From Paramoeba atlantica (Eukaryota > Protista > Discosea): 64,000 bases of DNA. Positions 61,860 to 64,000 of this stretch are shown here, in pieces (positions within the stretch are counted from its first letter, which is position 1; each line of letters opens with the position of its first letter). The stretch covers positions 186,001 to 250,000 of the forward strand of contig CDRNVI010000003.1 of assembly GCA_977017575.1 (NCBI GenBank), written 5' to 3'. The notes under the pieces are model-generated. The model saw nothing but the letters and a program-made list of their open reading frames with translations, was not told the DNA's origin and searched no databases. A program made the position numbers and the translations under genes.

Positions 61860-62538
61860 TTATCTAAAAAATTAAAAAAACGATTTATCTTTTTAATAAC
61901 TTAAGGAACCTTATTTCTAACTCAATAAATGTATTTCGTGATGTAGATGTGTACATTACAATTTTGATTGTAGAAGAACCACAAATAACCAACACCAAAA
62001 GTTAAAACAAAACGTAATTTAATTTTCATGGTTCTCGCGAACATCAAAACCAAACCCCTTTTAAAAAACCGGTCAAAGGGAACCGGTTTTGCGTCAAAAA
62101 ACTATATAAAAAATTGCCAAGAAGTTTTACTTTTTCTTCTTTTCTCATCACTAATGGAATGTTCTATTTTATTCATGGCTCAAAGCTTTTAGCACACTCT
62201 ACACTTTGGTATACAAGCTTGTGGTCCAATAGCCATTGAATAATGTCCCTTTCGCTTATCGCTGCTAAAACTGTGTATGACCAGTTGTCGGTACAAGAAA
62301 AATCAGTGCAATGCCGACAATTTATGTCCAAAGTAGCCAAAAAGGTGGAAAAGTATCAGAAAAACTGATGTATTATCTTCAAAATTGTTCTTTAGAATAA
62401 TTATGACTCTTTTTCGAAAGTTTTTATCTTTTGGCGCAAAACCGATTCCCTTACACCAAAAAACCGTATTAATAAAGCTTTTTTCTGTTGACCCCTGAAC
62501 CCCACGACCGCTAAAGTTTTGGATAAATAATATTTGTA

Positions 62539-64000
62539 CTGTACCCCCCCGTTTATAATAGCCTCGCTTTTGCCCAAATGAACCTATAAAGGGGGGAGGG
62601 CGATTAAAAGTCGGCACAGAAATCGCCCTACATTTGGGAGCGAGGAACCAGGAATTATTTAATCGCTAAGTGGGCCCCTGCGCTCTGCCAAAGTAAAATG
62701 TCCAGCACGAACCCGCGCCACACCTCGAAGAACCATGTGAAAATAAATATCAAAATATTTAAGATGGTGGAAGAAAATTAAAAAAATCTTCCGCGGGGAG
62801 AGGTCGAGGCTATTAAACCCCTCCGCATCAAAAAGGCACCCACCCTTATTTTTCGCATGAGGGGGGCTAGGGGGGTTATCGCACCAGTTTATCGTGCAAA
62901 ATTTTGAGATCTGTACGTTCCCGTTGTCTTTAGGTCATTTCGAAAAATAAAAAAAAGTTGAATTTGTTTCTATTTTTTTTTCACTTTTCATGCCAAAAAA
63001 TATGTATCGACTCCCCAGGGGTGGTCTTACAGAAAGTGGAAAAGTGTTATTACGCATGAGGCTTGGCCAAGGGGTTGCGATAAGGCAACTAGCCTGCGAG
63101 TTTAATGTCAATGTGAAGCATATTCGAAAATATTTGAAAAAAATATCGCCGGAAAATATTTATTCTCTGAGCCCTGAAATAAAAAAAAGAGTCAAAAAAC
63201 GGAGAAGCCTCGTTAAAGATACTATTGAACCTTTAGACCGAGCGGGGGTTCCCATAAATGGGTCTGCTCGCAAGATTCGCGGTAAATTGAAGAGAAAGGG
63301 TATAAATGAATCTTCAGACACCGTTAATAGAGATATACTTTCCCTTGGCTACACATATGAGTCACGGCCTTTATCTCAAGGACTGACAGAGGTGCAGAAA
63401 AACAAAAGGGTGTTGTTTGCTAAAAATTGGGAAAAGTTAAAGTGGGACACCTCTCTTTTAGTTTTCACTGATGAGAAAATATTTGATACGAATGATCATC
63501 GATCAAAAATGTGGGTAGCTCCCGGCCAAAAGCCTGTGAAGCGGCAAAGAGTGCATTGGGCACCCAAATGTCATGTGTGGGGAGTCGTGGGAGTAGGCTA
63601 TAGACACCTTGTTATTCTCCCCACCAACTCAATTACATGTGTTTCGTACATTAAAACATTAAAAAAAGTATCATTCCCCTCAAAATGTATTTTTCAGCAA
63701 GATGGGGCAACACCTCACACTGCGAAGGAAACAAAAGCGTACCTTGAGAACAGCAAAATGAAATTATTGAAAAATTGGCCGCCCAACTAACCCGATCCCC
63801 CACCAATAGAAAACGTGTGGAGCATGGTACAAAATCTTGTAGATGAATACAATCCTGCAAATAAAGAAGATCTCATAAAAAGCGTACGTAAAGCTTGGCG
63901 TAAATTTCCTCAAGATTATATTGATGATTCGGTTTTGAGCATCGATGCTCGCCTCAAAGCTTGTGTGGCGAGTAACGGAGAAAAGGTGACAAAATGGTAA
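62539..64000 (+). mobile_element. IS630/Tc1-mariner element; left end seen, right end outside the window
   Basis: Putative end TA|CTGTACCCCCCCGTTTATAATAG upstream of the transposase. Confidence 0.6.
62990..64000 (+). pseudogene. Near-intact DD35E transposase with one in-frame TAA
   Basis: VFTDEKIF, HVWGVVG, FQQDGATPHT, WPPN*PDPPPIENVWS..GEKVTKW*; ORFs 62990..63790 and 63815..64000 are in one frame; 35 residues between D and E. Confidence 0.92.

Noticed and set aside
63788-63790. Stop-codon reassignment or readthrough
   Set aside because: Host genes end normally in TAA, TAG and TGA and contain no in-frame stops. A single TCA-to-TAA change is simpler.

Overview
Intron-less eukaryotic DNA from a kinetoplastid. 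Evidence: JBP1, spliced-leader (SL) core sequences, a KREPB-like editosome gene, and about 33 host CDS all on the minus strand like one polycistronic unit. The expanded dispersed LRR family suggests a Perkinsela/Prokinetoplastina-like lineage (inference). Recognisable genes: BCKDH E1-beta (partial, not in the ORF track), two DUF1761, GPI16/PIG-T, PIG-L, an actin-like protein, AP endonuclease, GINS Psf3, RsmI, JBP1, acyl-protein thioesterase, Sua5, FtsJ/MRM2, PARN, 8 LRR genes and 1 fragmented LRR paralogue. Intergenic space is rich in DNA-transposon debris: three Tc1/IS630 transposase pseudogenes, Merlin-like remnants, MITEs, and a 1.3-kb TIR element carrying a non-transposase ORF. Two observations stand out. 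(1) A dispersed ~0.5-kb structured element begins with the 3' part of an SL exon plus a GT donor; it occurs 4 times and twice interrupts an LRR gene. (2) Recurrent ~1-kb GC-rich islands switch from C-rich to G-rich on the plus strand in mid-gene, changing codon and amino-acid usage. All family calls are from motif recognition by eye; no searches were run.
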